A stretch of 61,486 bases of DNA from Kofleriaceae bacterium (GTDB lineage Bacteria; Myxococcota_A; Polyangia; Haliangiales; Haliangiaceae), in NCBI GenBank assembly GCA_046597055.1, contig JBKJLC010000057.1:1-61486 (forward strand), written 5' to 3'. Numbering within the stretch: position 1 is the first letter of the stretch; every line of letters begins with the position of its first letter. Below are positions 9,881-19,212 of the stretch, one piece after another. The translations under genes and the position numbers were made by a program. A model generated the notes under the pieces. That model saw only the letters and a list, made by a program, of their open reading frames with translations, did no database searches and was not told where the DNA came from.

Positions 9881-11083
9881 ATGGGAACGCGAACTTCGAT
9901 CATTGTTGGATGTCTCGGCGTGTGGGGATGTTTCCAACCCCACGTCGAGGACGGGGCGGTCGCGTGCGGCGAGGCCGGTTGCCCGCCGGGCCTCGCCTGC
10001 GTGGAAGGCGTCTGTCGGACCCCGGTCGAGGGAGGCCCGGGCGGGGGATCCCCGGGTGAAGCCGGCGACGTGGTGCTGGCCATCGCCCGCCACAACGCGA
10101 CGAGCGAGGTCCGCGCCTACTGTGATGGCGGGCTCGAGCCGGCATGGGAGATCGCACCCGGATGGAGCGCCAGCACGGTCGCCTGGGGCAAATCGCACGG
10201 GGCGCGACCGGAGCTGGTGGTCGGCAGCAGCGACGACGAGCTGCGGCTGTTCGAGATCAAGGGCAACGCGCTCCATCAGGTGGCAGCGCTCGACTGGCTG
10301 CGGCAGTCGCGCAGCACCGGCTGGGCCGACTATGACGGCGACGGCGATCTCGATCTCGCGATCTCGGACGGCGAGCACTCGCTGAAGGTGATGCGCAGCC
10401 GGCGCGACGGGCTCGAGACCCTGTGGCACGCCGAGGACATGGTCGAGCCCTGGGGCCTGGCCTGGGGTGACCTCGACGGCGACCGGCTGCCGGATCTGGC
10501 GGTGGCCTCGTCGACCACGGTCAGCGTGTACCGGAATATCGGCGAGGCCTTCACGCGCGCGTGGACCCGGCCGGGCACCGAGGACACCCGCAGCGTGGCC
10601 TGGGCCGATCTCGACGGCGACGGCGATCTCGACCTGGTGTCGGGGTCGCTCGCGGGGCCGGTGCGCGCGTTCACCAACCAGGGCGGCGTGCTGATCGAGA
10701 GCTGGGCGTCGCCACAGCACGGCGACGTGCCGGCGCTCGCGTTCGGCGACTACGACGGCGACGGCGATCCTGATCTGGCGGTGGCCGGGCGCGATCAGCC
10801 CAGCCGCGTGTACCGCAACGACCGGGGTGCCCTGGTGCCAGCGTGGGCGACCGAAGCCTCGCTCACCACGTGGAGCGTCGCCTGGTTCGACGTGGACAAC
10901 GACGGGGACCTCGATCTCACCCTCGGCAACCATGACCAGCCGAGCCGCATCCTGCGCAACGACGACGGCAGGCTGGTCGACTGGCTGACCCTCGACGTCG
11001 GTCAGGTGCGCGAGCTGAGCTGGACCCGCTGGCCGCTGGACGCCGGCGAGGCCTCGGTCTGCGACAACGGCCGCGGCTGGTGA
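9881..11083 (+). CDS. FG-GAP/VCBS repeat lipoprotein with Cys-rich N-terminal module
   Basis: Lipobox VWGC; CGEAGCPPGLACVEGVC; five W/F-x-D-x-DxDxxxDL repeats. Confidence 0.88.
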   Translation: MGTRTSIIVGCLGVWGCFQPHVEDGAVACGEAGCPPGLACVEGVCRTPVEGGPGGGSPGEAGDVVLAIARHNATSEVRAYCDGGLEPAWEIAPGWSASTVAWGKSHGARPELVVGSSDDELRLFEIKGNALHQVAALDWLRQSRSTGWADYDGDGDLDLAISDGEHSLKVMRSRRDGLETLWHAEDMVEPWGLAWGDLDGDRLPDLAVASSTTVSVYRNIGEAFTRAWTRPGTEDTRSVAWADLDGDGDLDLVSGSLAGPVRAFTNQGGVLIESWASPQHGDVPALAFGDYDGDGDPDLAVAGRDQPSRVYRNDRGALVPAWATEASLTTWSVAWFDVDNDGDLDLTLGNHDQPSRILRNDDGRLVDWLTLDVGQVRELSWTRWPLDAGEASVCDNGRGW

Positions 11084-11106
11084 GCCGGCACACCAGCCGC
11101 GCCGGT

Positions 11107-11176
11107 GCAGCGACGGGCAGCGACGGGCAGCGACGGGCAGCGACGGGCGGCGACGGGCGGCGACGGGCGGCGACGG
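11107..11176. repeat. 10-bp tandem repeat, 7 copies of GCRGCGACGG
   Basis: Read directly: four GCAGCGACGG then three GCGGCGACGG. Confidence 0.9.
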
Positions 11177-11287
11177 CAAGCCGCAGCTGGTCTTCGACGG
11201 TCTGCCCTCAGGTTTGATCCCGAGTCTGCATGTGATCGGAAGCGCTCACCCTTTCCCGGTGCCCCTGCGCCGGCGCCGAAGGCGCCG

Positions 11288-11490
11288 CGTCGAAGGGCAG
11301 CGCGGCCAGGATCCGCACGCCGCTCCGACGGGCTGCCCTTCGACGGCGGGCTCGCGTGCGCTCGCCCTGGCTCAGGGCCACCGGAACCTGGCTGGATCCT
11401 GAGGCTGGCCCTTCGACGTCGGGCTCGCAACGAGCCTTCGGTCAGGGCCACCGGAACCTGTGCGGGATCTCGAGGCTGGTCCTTCGGCGC
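11288..11490. repeat. REP/REPIN-like intergenic repeat cluster
   Basis: 14-bp perfect IR at 11288-11301 and 11332-11345; about 70-bp unit (GGCTG..CCCTTCGAC...TCAGGGCCACCGGAACCTG..GGATC) present twice plus a partial third copy. Confidence 0.75.
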
Positions 11491-11521
11491 GCAGGTCGCT
11501 GCCGGCGCGCGGGTCGCCGCG

Positions 11522-12799
11522 TCAGTCGTCGGTCTCGGTGACCAGGCCGTAGCGATGGGCCAGCTCGCTGAGGTGGCTGCGGTCCATCTTCACCGCGCGG
11601 GCCGCCTTCGACAGGTTGCCGTCGTGCGCCGGCAGCAGCTCGCCGAGGTAGCGCTTCTCCCAGTCGCTGGTCGCGCGGCCCTTGGCGTCGCGGAACGACA
11701 GCTCGGTGTCCATGGACGGCTCGTCCTCGAGCAGCGGCGCGCCGACCAGCGCGCGCTCGATGGCGCTGCGCAGCTCGCGCACGTTGCCCCGCCAGACGCC
11801 GCGCATCATGGCCCGCACCAGCTCGACCGGCGGCGCCGCGGTCGGATCGGCGAGCAGCTCGCGGTAGAACGACGCGACCAGCATGGCGACGTCGTCGCGG
11901 CGATCACGCAGCGGCGGCAGCACCACCCGCACGGTGTTGAGCCGGTACCAGAGGTCGGAGCGAAACGTGCCCTGGTTGACCTCGCGGCGGAGATCTCGGT
12001 GGGTCGCGGCGATCAGGCGCACGTCGATCGGGACCTCGCGGCTCGAGCCGACCCGACGGATCACGCGACGCTCGAGCGCGCGCAGGAGCTTGGGCTGGAG
12101 GTCGAGCGGCAGCTCGCCGATCTCGTCGAGGAGGACGGTGCCGCCGCTGGCCGACTCGAACAGCCCGACCCGGGCCTCGACCGCGCCCGTGAAGGCCCCG
12201 CGCTCGTGCCCGAACAGCTCGGACTCGAGCAGGGTCCCGGGTAGCGCACCGCAGTCGACGACCACGAACGGCCCCGACCCGCGCCGGCTGACCTCGTGGA
12301 CCGCCTCGGCCAGCGCGCTCTTGCCAGTGCCGGTCTCACCCTCGATCAGGATGGTGGCCTCGGCGACCGCGACCCGCTCGAGCAGCGCGAACACCCGCCG
12401 CATCGCGACGCTGCGACCGAGCACCCGCCCGAAGTGATCGTGGGGCGACAGCGCCTCGCTGACGGTGTCGTCGAGGAGCTCGATCGCGAGCACGCTCTCG
12501 CCGATCGCGATGGTGTCGCCGGACGCGAGCACCGCGCTGGTGACGCGGTGACCGGACACGAAGGTGCCGTTGGTGCTGCCAAGATCCTCGCAGTGGAAGC
12601 CGTGGTCGCCGATGCGGATCGTGCAGTGATGGCGCGACACGCAGCGATCGCGCAGCCGCAGCAACTGCCCGGTGCCGGAGCCGACCGTGATCTCCTCGGC
12701 GGTCGACTCGACCGCCAGCGGGGCGTCGGGGCCGCTCATCACGACGACCCGGAAGCGAGCTATTTCCACGCGATCGCGGGTTATCCGACGGGTGCCCAT
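11522..12799 (-). CDS. FHA-domain sigma54 enhancer-binding protein (FHA-AAA-Fis HTH)
   Basis: VSRHHC and DLGSTNGT (FHA), [42 protein letters not shown]. Confidence 0.95.
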   Translation of the reverse strand: MGTRRITRDRVEIARFRVVVMSGPDAPLAVESTAEEITVGSGTGQLLRLRDRCVSRHHCTIRIGDHGFHCEDLGSTNGTFVSGHRVTSAVLASGDTIAIGESVLAIELLDDTVSEALSPHDHFGRVLGRSVAMRRVFALLERVAVAEATILIEGETGTGKSALAEAVHEVSRRGSGPFVVVDCGALPGTLLESELFGHERGAFTGAVEARVGLFESASGGTVLLDEIGELPLDLQPKLLRALERRVIRRVGSSREVPIDVRLIAATHRDLRREVNQGTFRSDLWYRLNTVRVVLPPLRDRRDDVAMLVASFYRELLADPTAAPPVELVRAMMRGVWRGNVRELRSAIERALVGAPLLEDEPSMDTELSFRDAKGRATSDWEKRYLGELLPAHDGNLSKAARAVKMDRSHLSELAHRYGLVTETDD

Positions 12800-12814
12800 G
12801 TGTGGCCACAGTTC

Positions 12815-12830
12815 AGCAACCAACGTGCCA
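12815..12830 (-). promoter_or_regulatory. sigma54 -24/-12 promoter (EBP gene)
   Basis: TGGCACGTTGGTTGCT, consensus match. Confidence 0.85.
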
Positions 12831-12911
12831 CTGCCGCTCCCCAATCAATGTCGCGCGCTTGGCCGGCGGGCGCCGAATACCGAGCTTCGGTTGCGGGCTC
12901 CAGCCAACAGA

Positions 12912-12938
12912 AGCTGGGTACCCAGCTCCCAGCTGGGT
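12912..12938. promoter_or_regulatory. Palindromic site, candidate upstream activator sequence
   Basis: AGCTGGGTACCCAGCT perfect 16-bp palindrome plus a third AGCTGGGT at 12931-12938. Confidence 0.5.
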
Positions 12939-12958
12939 GCCACGTCCGCGTCTCAGAT

Positions 12959-13930
12959 TCAGAGATGGCCGTCGCCGGCGATCTCGTCGACGCCGAACAC
13001 GGTTCCGGACAGGGCCAGGCCCAGCGAGGACCAGGTCAGGCCGCCGTCGGCGGTCGACAGCACCTCGCCGTCGTCGCCGGCCGCGAGCCCCACGCCGTGC
13101 GCGTTGACGTGGACCGTGCGCAGCGTGCCGACCCCGCGGGTCGCGATCGCCACCGCGTCGCGGCCGTCGATCCGCGCGATCACGCCACCGGCGCCGACCG
13201 CGATCACGTCACCGCTGCCGGTGACCCACGCGCCGTGCAGGTCGAGCTCGCGGCCGAGATCGATCGTGCGCCAGCTGGCGCCGCCGTCGTCGCTGCGCAG
13301 GAGCGCGCGGCCGGCCCCGGCGGCGACGCCCCGGGCGCCGTCGTGCGACATCGCGACCACCCGTGCGCCATCGAGGCGCGCGACCTGCCCGGCCGTGCCG
13401 ACCCCGGCGTCGTAGCGCCAGACCTGCCCCTCCCCATCGAGCGCGAGCGCGCGATCACCACCGTGGCCGGCCGCGACCGTGAGCCACGAGGAGGCCGGAT
13501 CGACCGGCAGCGGGGCCCAGGTCGCGCCCGAGTCAGGCGACATCATCAAGAGGCCATCGCCGCCGACATAGATCGAGTCGCCGCCCGCCGCCGCGACCGA
13601 GCGCAGCGTGCGGGTGGTCTCGAGATCGATGACGTCCCAGCTGGCGCCGCCGTCGAACGTGCGCAGCAGCGTGCCGAGCTCGCCGACGACAAACGCGGTG
13701 TCGAGGCCGCGACACGCGATGCCGAGCAGGTCGTGCTCGCTGTCGAGCTGGTAGCCGTCGCCCATCACGCCGCGCTGATCGAGGTCGGCCATCAAGCCGT
13801 CCTCGCCCACCAGCCAGGCGCCACCGCCACCACCGCCGTCACCGGTGTCCTTCTTCTTGTCGCAGCCGGTGGCGAGCACCGCCACCGCGCACGCGCTGGC
13901 GAAGAGAGTCTGCTTCATCGATCGCTTCAT
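12959..13930 (-). CDS. Ycf48/BNR-repeat beta-propeller lipoprotein
   Basis: Lipobox ATGC; repeated S/TxDxGxS/TW Asp-boxes; GGAGA RBS. Confidence 0.88.
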   Translation of the reverse strand: MKRSMKQTLFASACAVAVLATGCDKKKDTGDGGGGGGAWLVGEDGLMADLDQRGVMGDGYQLDSEHDLLGIACRGLDTAFVVGELGTLLRTFDGGASWDVIDLETTRTLRSVAAAGGDSIYVGGDGLLMMSPDSGATWAPLPVDPASSWLTVAAGHGGDRALALDGEGQVWRYDAGVGTAGQVARLDGARVVAMSHDGARGVAAGAGRALLRSDDGGASWRTIDLGRELDLHGAWVTGSGDVIAVGAGGVIARIDGRDAVAIATRGVGTLRTVHVNAHGVGLAAGDDGEVLSTADGGLTWSSLGLALSGTVFGVDEIAGDGHL

Positions 13931-13964
13931 TGATCATCTCCGTTGAGGGTTGCGCCGGAGCCAG

Positions 13965-13980
13965 TGCAAGGACGAGTCCG
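13965..13980 (-). promoter_or_regulatory. sigma54 -24/-12 promoter (Ycf48-like gene)
   Basis: Minus strand CGGACTCGTCCTTGCA. Confidence 0.55.
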
Positions 13981-14111
13981 GGCACGCCGGTAATGACGAC
14001 GCGGACTCGCGGCGACGAGGATGGGGAAGCCGGGGCCCTGGCTGTCGGCTGGCGCCTGCAGTTCGCGACGCGCGCGACCGCGGAGCCCTTGATCTCGTTC
14101 GATCGCGGGCC

Positions 14112-14127
14112 CGGCACACACGTTGCT
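14112..14127 (+). promoter_or_regulatory. sigma54 -24/-12 promoter (heme operon)
   Basis: CGGCACACACGTTGCT. Confidence 0.82.
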
Positions 14128-14139
14128 GAAGAGCCAGGC

Positions 14140-16293
14140 ATGACCAGACGAATGCTCGCGTTGTTCGCCGCATGCAGCGGGGCCTTCGCGCTCGGCTGTT
14201 TCGGAGCGCCACCCGCGTCGGAGGGCGATCCGCTCCTCGACCCCGCCTGCCAGCTCGACACCCAGGGGGAGCGGACACCCGGCTATCCGTTCGACGTCGA
14301 TCGCTTCACCACGACCGTGCTGCCGGTGGTCGCACAGAGCTGCGGCGCCGGCGGCTGTCACGGGTCGCCGACCGGCAACGGCGGCTTCACCGTGTGGGCC
14401 GCTGCGCAGCCCGGCGACTGCGACTTCGGCAAGACCTTCAACAACGTCATCGGCAAGATCGATCTGACCACCCCCGCCAACAGCCGCCTGACCGCGGCGG
14501 TGTCGGGCGGCTCGGCGACCCACCCGTTCACGTTCCCGGCGACCGCGCCCGGGCTCGAGGCGCTCAAGGGCTTCGTCGACGCCGCCGCCGCCACCGCCGC
14601 GGCCGACGGGGGTGGCGTGACGCCGCCGCCGGGCCCGAGCCCGTTCAACTACACCGTCTACCAGCAGGTCGTGCAGCCCGCGCTCAACGCGGCGACCTGC
14701 GCGGCCGCCGGCTGCCACGGCAGCGGCGCCGCCGGCTTCACCCTGGCCGCGGCGCCGGCTGCCGGCAGCCCCGAGATGGAAGCCAACTTCATCGCGGTCA
14801 CCAGCCGCGCCAACCTGGCCGCGCCGGCCAACTCGGTCTTCTACGTACGCTCGACCGTGCTCCACGCCGGCGGCGGTTCGCGCGCGGTCGACGGCACCGC
14901 GGGCGCCGCCATCCTCGCCTGGATCGAGGACGCCAAGGCCAACGCCGGCAACGGCGGCGGTGGTGGCAACCCGACCTGCGCGCCGATCGACAAGTTCAAC
15001 GCCGGCGTGTTCCGCACCGAGATCTTGCCGATCCTCTCCGGTGATCTCGATCTCAACGCGGCCAACGGCCAGGGCCAGGGCGCCGGCTGCATGTCGGGCG
15101 CCTGCCACGGCATCGACCGCGGCCCCGGCACGTTCAGCCTGCTGCCGACCGCCGACACCGCGACCCAGCTGCAGAACTTCGCCTGCTTCGTCAACCTGAC
15201 CTCGCCGTCGGCGTCCGAGGTGCTGGCGTGCCCGCTCAACGACCCGCGGTGCCGACGCTACCCGCACCCGGGCCAGGACGTGCTCGGGGGCGCCAACGAC
15301 CTCAACTACCAGCGGCTGCTCGCCTTCCTCTACGGCGCCAAGTCCGACGTGTCGCCGCTCGACTTCGCGTTCTTCGTCCGCCGGATCAACCCGATCTTCA
15401 ACGACGTCAACGCGGTCGAGGCCGGCGCGCAGGGCCGCACCTGCGGCGACGCGATCGGCTGCCACGGCGTGAGCGTCGCCGGCCAGGCGCCGCCCAACGG
15501 CTCGGACTTCGCGATCATCCCCAACGCGGCCGACCTGGGCCGGCTCAGCTTCAACTTCGTGTCGGCGACCGGGTTCGTGAACTTCCTCAACCCGGGTGAG
15601 AGCTCGCTGTTCCTCTACCCGACCGACGAGATCGCCAACCGCGCCGACCACCCGTTCGCGACCGGGCTGCCTCACCCCGGCGGTCGCGACTTCGCGGTCG
15701 ACAGCCTCGAGGCCCAGGCGATCCTGCAGTGGGCCGCCGGCCTGCGCCCCGACCGCAACGGCTTCCAGCGCAACTGGCTGGTGCTCGGCGACTTCCCGGC
15801 CAGCCGGATCGCCGACCAGACCCTGGTCGACGAGCCCACCGCGATCCCGACCATCTTCGACCGCGGTGGCGGCTCGTTCAACCGCGGCGAGTGGGACGGC
15901 TTGTTCTCCGACCGCGCCGAGGTCGACCTCAACGTCGCCTTTCCGCGCGCGGCCACCGGCGGCCGGGTCGCCTACGCGGTGTCGTACGTCGTCAACACGG
16001 TGCCGCGCACCCAGCTGGCTCAGCTGGTGGTCGCCACCAACAACCCGATCCGCATCTACGTGAACGGCGCGGTGGTGGCGCAGAACGACCAGAGCGGCGG
16101 CGCCACCGCGCTGCTGACCCTGCCCGCGGCCGGTGGCACCACCCCGCCGGTGCGGATCATGATCAAGGCACTCCAGCGAGCCGACGACGCCCGGTTCGCC
16201 TTCACCGCCCAGCTCCGCGACGAGCTCGGCGTCCTGCTCACCGATCGCACCGGCGAGCTCGTGTTCACCCTCGGCCCGACTGGAGGCATCTGA
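14140..16293 (+). CDS. Lipoprotein with four cytochrome-c-like domains (CX4CH x3, CX5CH x1) and a C-terminal beta-sandwich
   Basis: Lipobox ALGC; CGAGGCH, CAAAGCH, CMSGACH, CGDAIGCH, each preceded by F/Y-x3-V/I-x-P and followed by a distal His (HP, HAGG, HPG, HPGG). Confidence 0.75.
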   Translation: MTRRMLALFAACSGAFALGCFGAPPASEGDPLLDPACQLDTQGERTPGYPFDVDRFTTTVLPVVAQSCGAGGCHGSPTGNGGFTVWAAAQPGDCDFGKTFNNVIGKIDLTTPANSRLTAAVSGGSATHPFTFPATAPGLEALKGFVDAAAATAAADGGGVTPPPGPSPFNYTVYQQVVQPALNAATCAAAGCHGSGAAGFTLAAAPAAGSPEMEANFIAVTSRANLAAPANSVFYVRSTVLHAGGGSRAVDGTAGAAILAWIEDAKANAGNGGGGGNPTCAPIDKFNAGVFRTEILPILSGDLDLNAANGQGQGAGCMSGACHGIDRGPGTFSLLPTADTATQLQNFACFVNLTSPSASEVLACPLNDPRCRRYPHPGQDVLGGANDLNYQRLLAFLYGAKSDVSPLDFAFFVRRINPIFNDVNAVEAGAQGRTCGDAIGCHGVSVAGQAPPNGSDFAIIPNAADLGRLSFNFVSATGFVNFLNPGESSLFLYPTDEIANRADHPFATGLPHPGGRDFAVDSLEAQAILQWAAGLRPDRNGFQRNWLVLGDFPASRIADQTLVDEPTAIPTIFDRGGGSFNRGEWDGLFSDRAEVDLNVAFPRAATGGRVAYAVSYVVNTVPRTQLAQLVVATNNPIRIYVNGAVVAQNDQSGGATALLTLPAAGGTTPPVRIMIKALQRADDARFAFTAQLRDELGVLLTDRTGELVFTLGPTGGI

Positions 16294-19202
16294 TGTCACG
16301 CCTGACCTGCACCCTGCCCTTGGCCCTCGGGCTCCTCCTCACCGCCGGCTGCGTGAGCGGCGTCGGCGACTCGCCCCCCACCAGCCCCGATGACCCCGGC
16401 GCGGTCGATCCGCTGCCGCCCCCGCCCCCGCCCGAGCCGCCGCCGCCGGCGCCCGGCGTCTACAAGCGCGGCTCGCTGACGCCGCTCTACCAGCTCACGC
16501 CCCGGGCCGAGTACGGCCGCTTCACCGAGAGCGCCGTCACGATGAAGGACGCCGACTTCGTCTCGACCGCCAACAACTTCGTCACCGCCAGCCAGAAGCT
16601 CGACGAGGTCGCCGCCCAGATCGCCCGCGAGCGCGGCGTGCCCTCGGTCAACCTGGCGCCCAAGGCCGAGGACCGCCAGCGCGCCCAGCAGATCCCGTTC
16701 CGCGGCAACCCGTCCGACGTCGACGTCGTCCGCATCGACGGCCGCCGCAAGGCGTACCTGCCGCTCGGTGGCGACCTGATGACGGTCGGCAACGAGATCG
16801 CCGCGGTCGACCTCGACAGCGGCCTGGTCACCCGGGTGAAGGTCGGCGTCCGCCCCCAGCGGATCGCCATCCATCCGGCCGGCCTGGTCTTCGTCTGCAA
16901 CCAGTACTCGAACTACATCTCCATCATCGACGCCCGCACCGATCAGCCGCTGCGCAACGCCGCCGGCCCGATCGAGATCAAGACCGAGTTCTACTGCTCC
17001 GACCTCGCGTTCGTGCCGCGCAGCGTGGCCGCGCCCGACCCCGACGAGCAGGACCTGTACGTCGCCAACAGCTGGCGGGCCAGCGTCCTCAAGTACGGCC
17101 TGACCGTCACCCGCGACGCGCTGTCCGACGACCCGATCGACGTGCGGGTCACCACGCCGGCGGCCCCGGCCACGCCCAACCAGCCCGAGGCCGAGATCAG
17201 CGGCGTCGGCGCCAACCCGTACCGCATCACGGTCAGCCAGGACCTGCGCGCGCTGTTCGTCGCCAACAACCGTGGCGGCGAGCTGGCCCGGATCGACCTG
17301 GGCACCCGCGCGGTCCGCCGCATCGCGATCAACGCGCCGGTGTCCGACGTCATCCAGGCCAACGACATCCTGATCGTCCCGACCACCACCATCGACCGCG
17401 GCCTGCCCGACGGTCGCGATCAGCAGCCGACCCAGATCGTCGCCGGCGCGGTGCGGGTCACCGGCATGGATGGCGCCCAGCACATCGCCCACCCGGGCGC
17501 GCTGTTCGACAACACCAAGGCCTACAACTTCGAAGATCTCCGCAACGGGCTCCTGACCGTCGACGCCCAGCTGAACGGCGGCGCGCCGCCGGTCTACTTC
17601 ACGGACTCGGTCTCGGCCGAGCCCAACTTCGCCGCCGCGCAGAAGGTGCTGCAGGGCACGCTGCCTCAGGCGGTGGTGGTCAACGCCGCGCGCAGCCGGG
17701 CCTTCCTGGCGATGTCGGGCTCCGACACGATCCAGGAGGTGACGATCAACGCCGGTGCCTTCCGCATCGCCGACGCCCCCGGCGCGCTGATGCGGACCTC
17801 CGAGCGCCCGTTCGCGCTCGCGCTCGACGAGGTGGCCCGCGAGCTGCTGGTCGCGACCTGGGGCGGCGAGACGCTCGAGGTGTTCGACACCGCCAGCGGC
17901 ACCCGGACCCGCCGCATCGACCTCGGCTACGCGATCGCCGACTACCCGGCGACCAACATGGAGCGCGGCGAGTACCTCTTCTACAACACCGGGTGGTCGA
18001 ACAACGGCACCAAGTCGTGCGCGACCTGCCACTACGACGAGCTCCTGCTCGACGGCGTCGGCTACGCCAACGGCGCCACCGCGCCGACCGCGTATCACAA
18101 GGTCCCGGCCAACTTCAACCTGATGACGACTGACTCCTACTTCTGGAATGGTTCGTTCGCCAATGGCACGTACGCGTCCCTGGCGGCAGATGCCCAGTCG
18201 CGCACCAACTGCGAGCTGATCCTGTTCGGCCTCACCGAGGGCATCGCGTCCGACCCGGCCCGCCGGGTCGGTGACCCCGGCAACCGCGTGCGCAGCGGCC
18301 AGGACGCGCAGTGCCGGCCCGACACCTCGGGCCCCGGGATCCTGCCCCGCAACTTCGCCCAGATCGCCGGCATCATCGCGGCCCAGAAGCTGGTTCGCGA
18401 ACAGGTGGTGCGCGCCGCCACCGGCCTCAGCTTCAACGACGTCGCGCGCATCGTCGACTTCTACTCGGTGTCCGAGCTGCGGCTGCCGCCCAACCCGCTG
18501 ACCTACCTGGCCGCCCGCAACGAGCTCGGCGCGGCCGACGCGGCCAAGCTGGCCCGCGGCAAGGAGCTGTTCACCACCGGCGGCTGCACCGGTTGCCACG
18601 ACCCGGGCAACCAGCGCCATCCGTACAGCGACGGCCTCGAGCACGGGTCGGGCACCGCGTGGTCGTCCAACTTCGTCGACACCTACAGCACCGACGCCCG
18701 GATCGTGAACTCCATCGGCGCCATCCCGCAGCTGATGCTGGAGGCCATCTCCGGCTCGACCCCGGACCGCGAGATCAACATCCACCTCGACCCGATCGAC
18801 TACTTCGCGCCGTTCTGCTTCGACGTCACGTCATGCCTGGTGTTCGAGGATCCGCTGGCGGTGCGCGGCAACCTGGCCGCCGAGACCGAGCGCCTCGACG
18901 TGCTGGTCCAGATCAACCTGGCCAACGTCGACCGCGGCTTCGTCCCTGGCAACCTGCGCGGTCAGCCGGCCACCAACACGCCGTCGCTGCGCGGCATCTG
19001 GTTCCAGACCAACTACCTGCGCCACGGCCACGCGCACACGCTGAAGGAGACCATCCTGGCCCCCGGCCACCCGGCGCTCGGCGCCGGCGAGCGCGGCTAC
19101 GCCATCGATGGGCTCGGCAACCGGGACGTCCACGGCAAGACAACCACGATGTCGGCCGCCGACGTCGACGCGCTCTACCTGTTCATCCAGTCGATCGAGT
19201 AG
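16293..19202 (+). CDS. Beta-propeller (YVTN/YncE-like) plus di-heme cytochrome c peroxidase/MauG-like lipoprotein
   Basis: TGATG coupling; lipobox TAGC; propeller repeats (VKVGVRPQRIAI, LYVAN, LFVAN); GEYLF...SCATCH...YFWNG; GKELF...GCTGCH; NTPSLRGIW. Confidence 0.85.
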   Translation: MSRLTCTLPLALGLLLTAGCVSGVGDSPPTSPDDPGAVDPLPPPPPPEPPPPAPGVYKRGSLTPLYQLTPRAEYGRFTESAVTMKDADFVSTANNFVTASQKLDEVAAQIARERGVPSVNLAPKAEDRQRAQQIPFRGNPSDVDVVRIDGRRKAYLPLGGDLMTVGNEIAAVDLDSGLVTRVKVGVRPQRIAIHPAGLVFVCNQYSNYISIIDARTDQPLRNAAGPIEIKTEFYCSDLAFVPRSVAAPDPDEQDLYVANSWRASVLKYGLTVTRDALSDDPIDVRVTTPAAPATPNQPEAEISGVGANPYRITVSQDLRALFVANNRGGELARIDLGTRAVRRIAINAPVSDVIQANDILIVPTTTIDRGLPDGRDQQPTQIVAGAVRVTGMDGAQHIAHPGALFDNTKAYNFEDLRNGLLTVDAQLNGGAPPVYFTDSVSAEPNFAAAQKVLQGTLPQAVVVNAARSRAFLAMSGSDTIQEVTINAGAFRIADAPGALMRTSERPFALALDEVARELLVATWGGETLEVFDTASGTRTRRIDLGYAIADYPATNMERGEYLFYNTGWSNNGTKSCATCHYDELLLDGVGYANGATAPTAYHKVPANFNLMTTDSYFWNGSFANGTYASLAADAQSRTNCELILFGLTEGIASDPARRVGDPGNRVRSGQDAQCRPDTSGPGILPRNFAQIAGIIAAQKLVREQVVRAATGLSFNDVARIVDFYSVSELRLPPNPLTYLAARNELGAADAAKLARGKELFTTGGCTGCHDPGNQRHPYSDGLEHGSGTAWSSNFVDTYSTDARIVNSIGAIPQLMLEAISGSTPDREINIHLDPIDYFAPFCFDVTSCLVFEDPLAVRGNLAAETERLDVLVQINLANVDRGFVPGNLRGQPATNTPSLRGIWFQTNYLRHGHAHTLKETILAPGHPALGAGERGYAIDGLGNRDVHGKTTTMSAADVDALYLFIQSIE

Positions 19203-19212
19203 GAGGCCGCCC

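Noticed and set aside
11107..11490. Possible CRISPR array
   Set aside because: Repeats are tandem or degenerate without unique constant-length spacers; no cas genes
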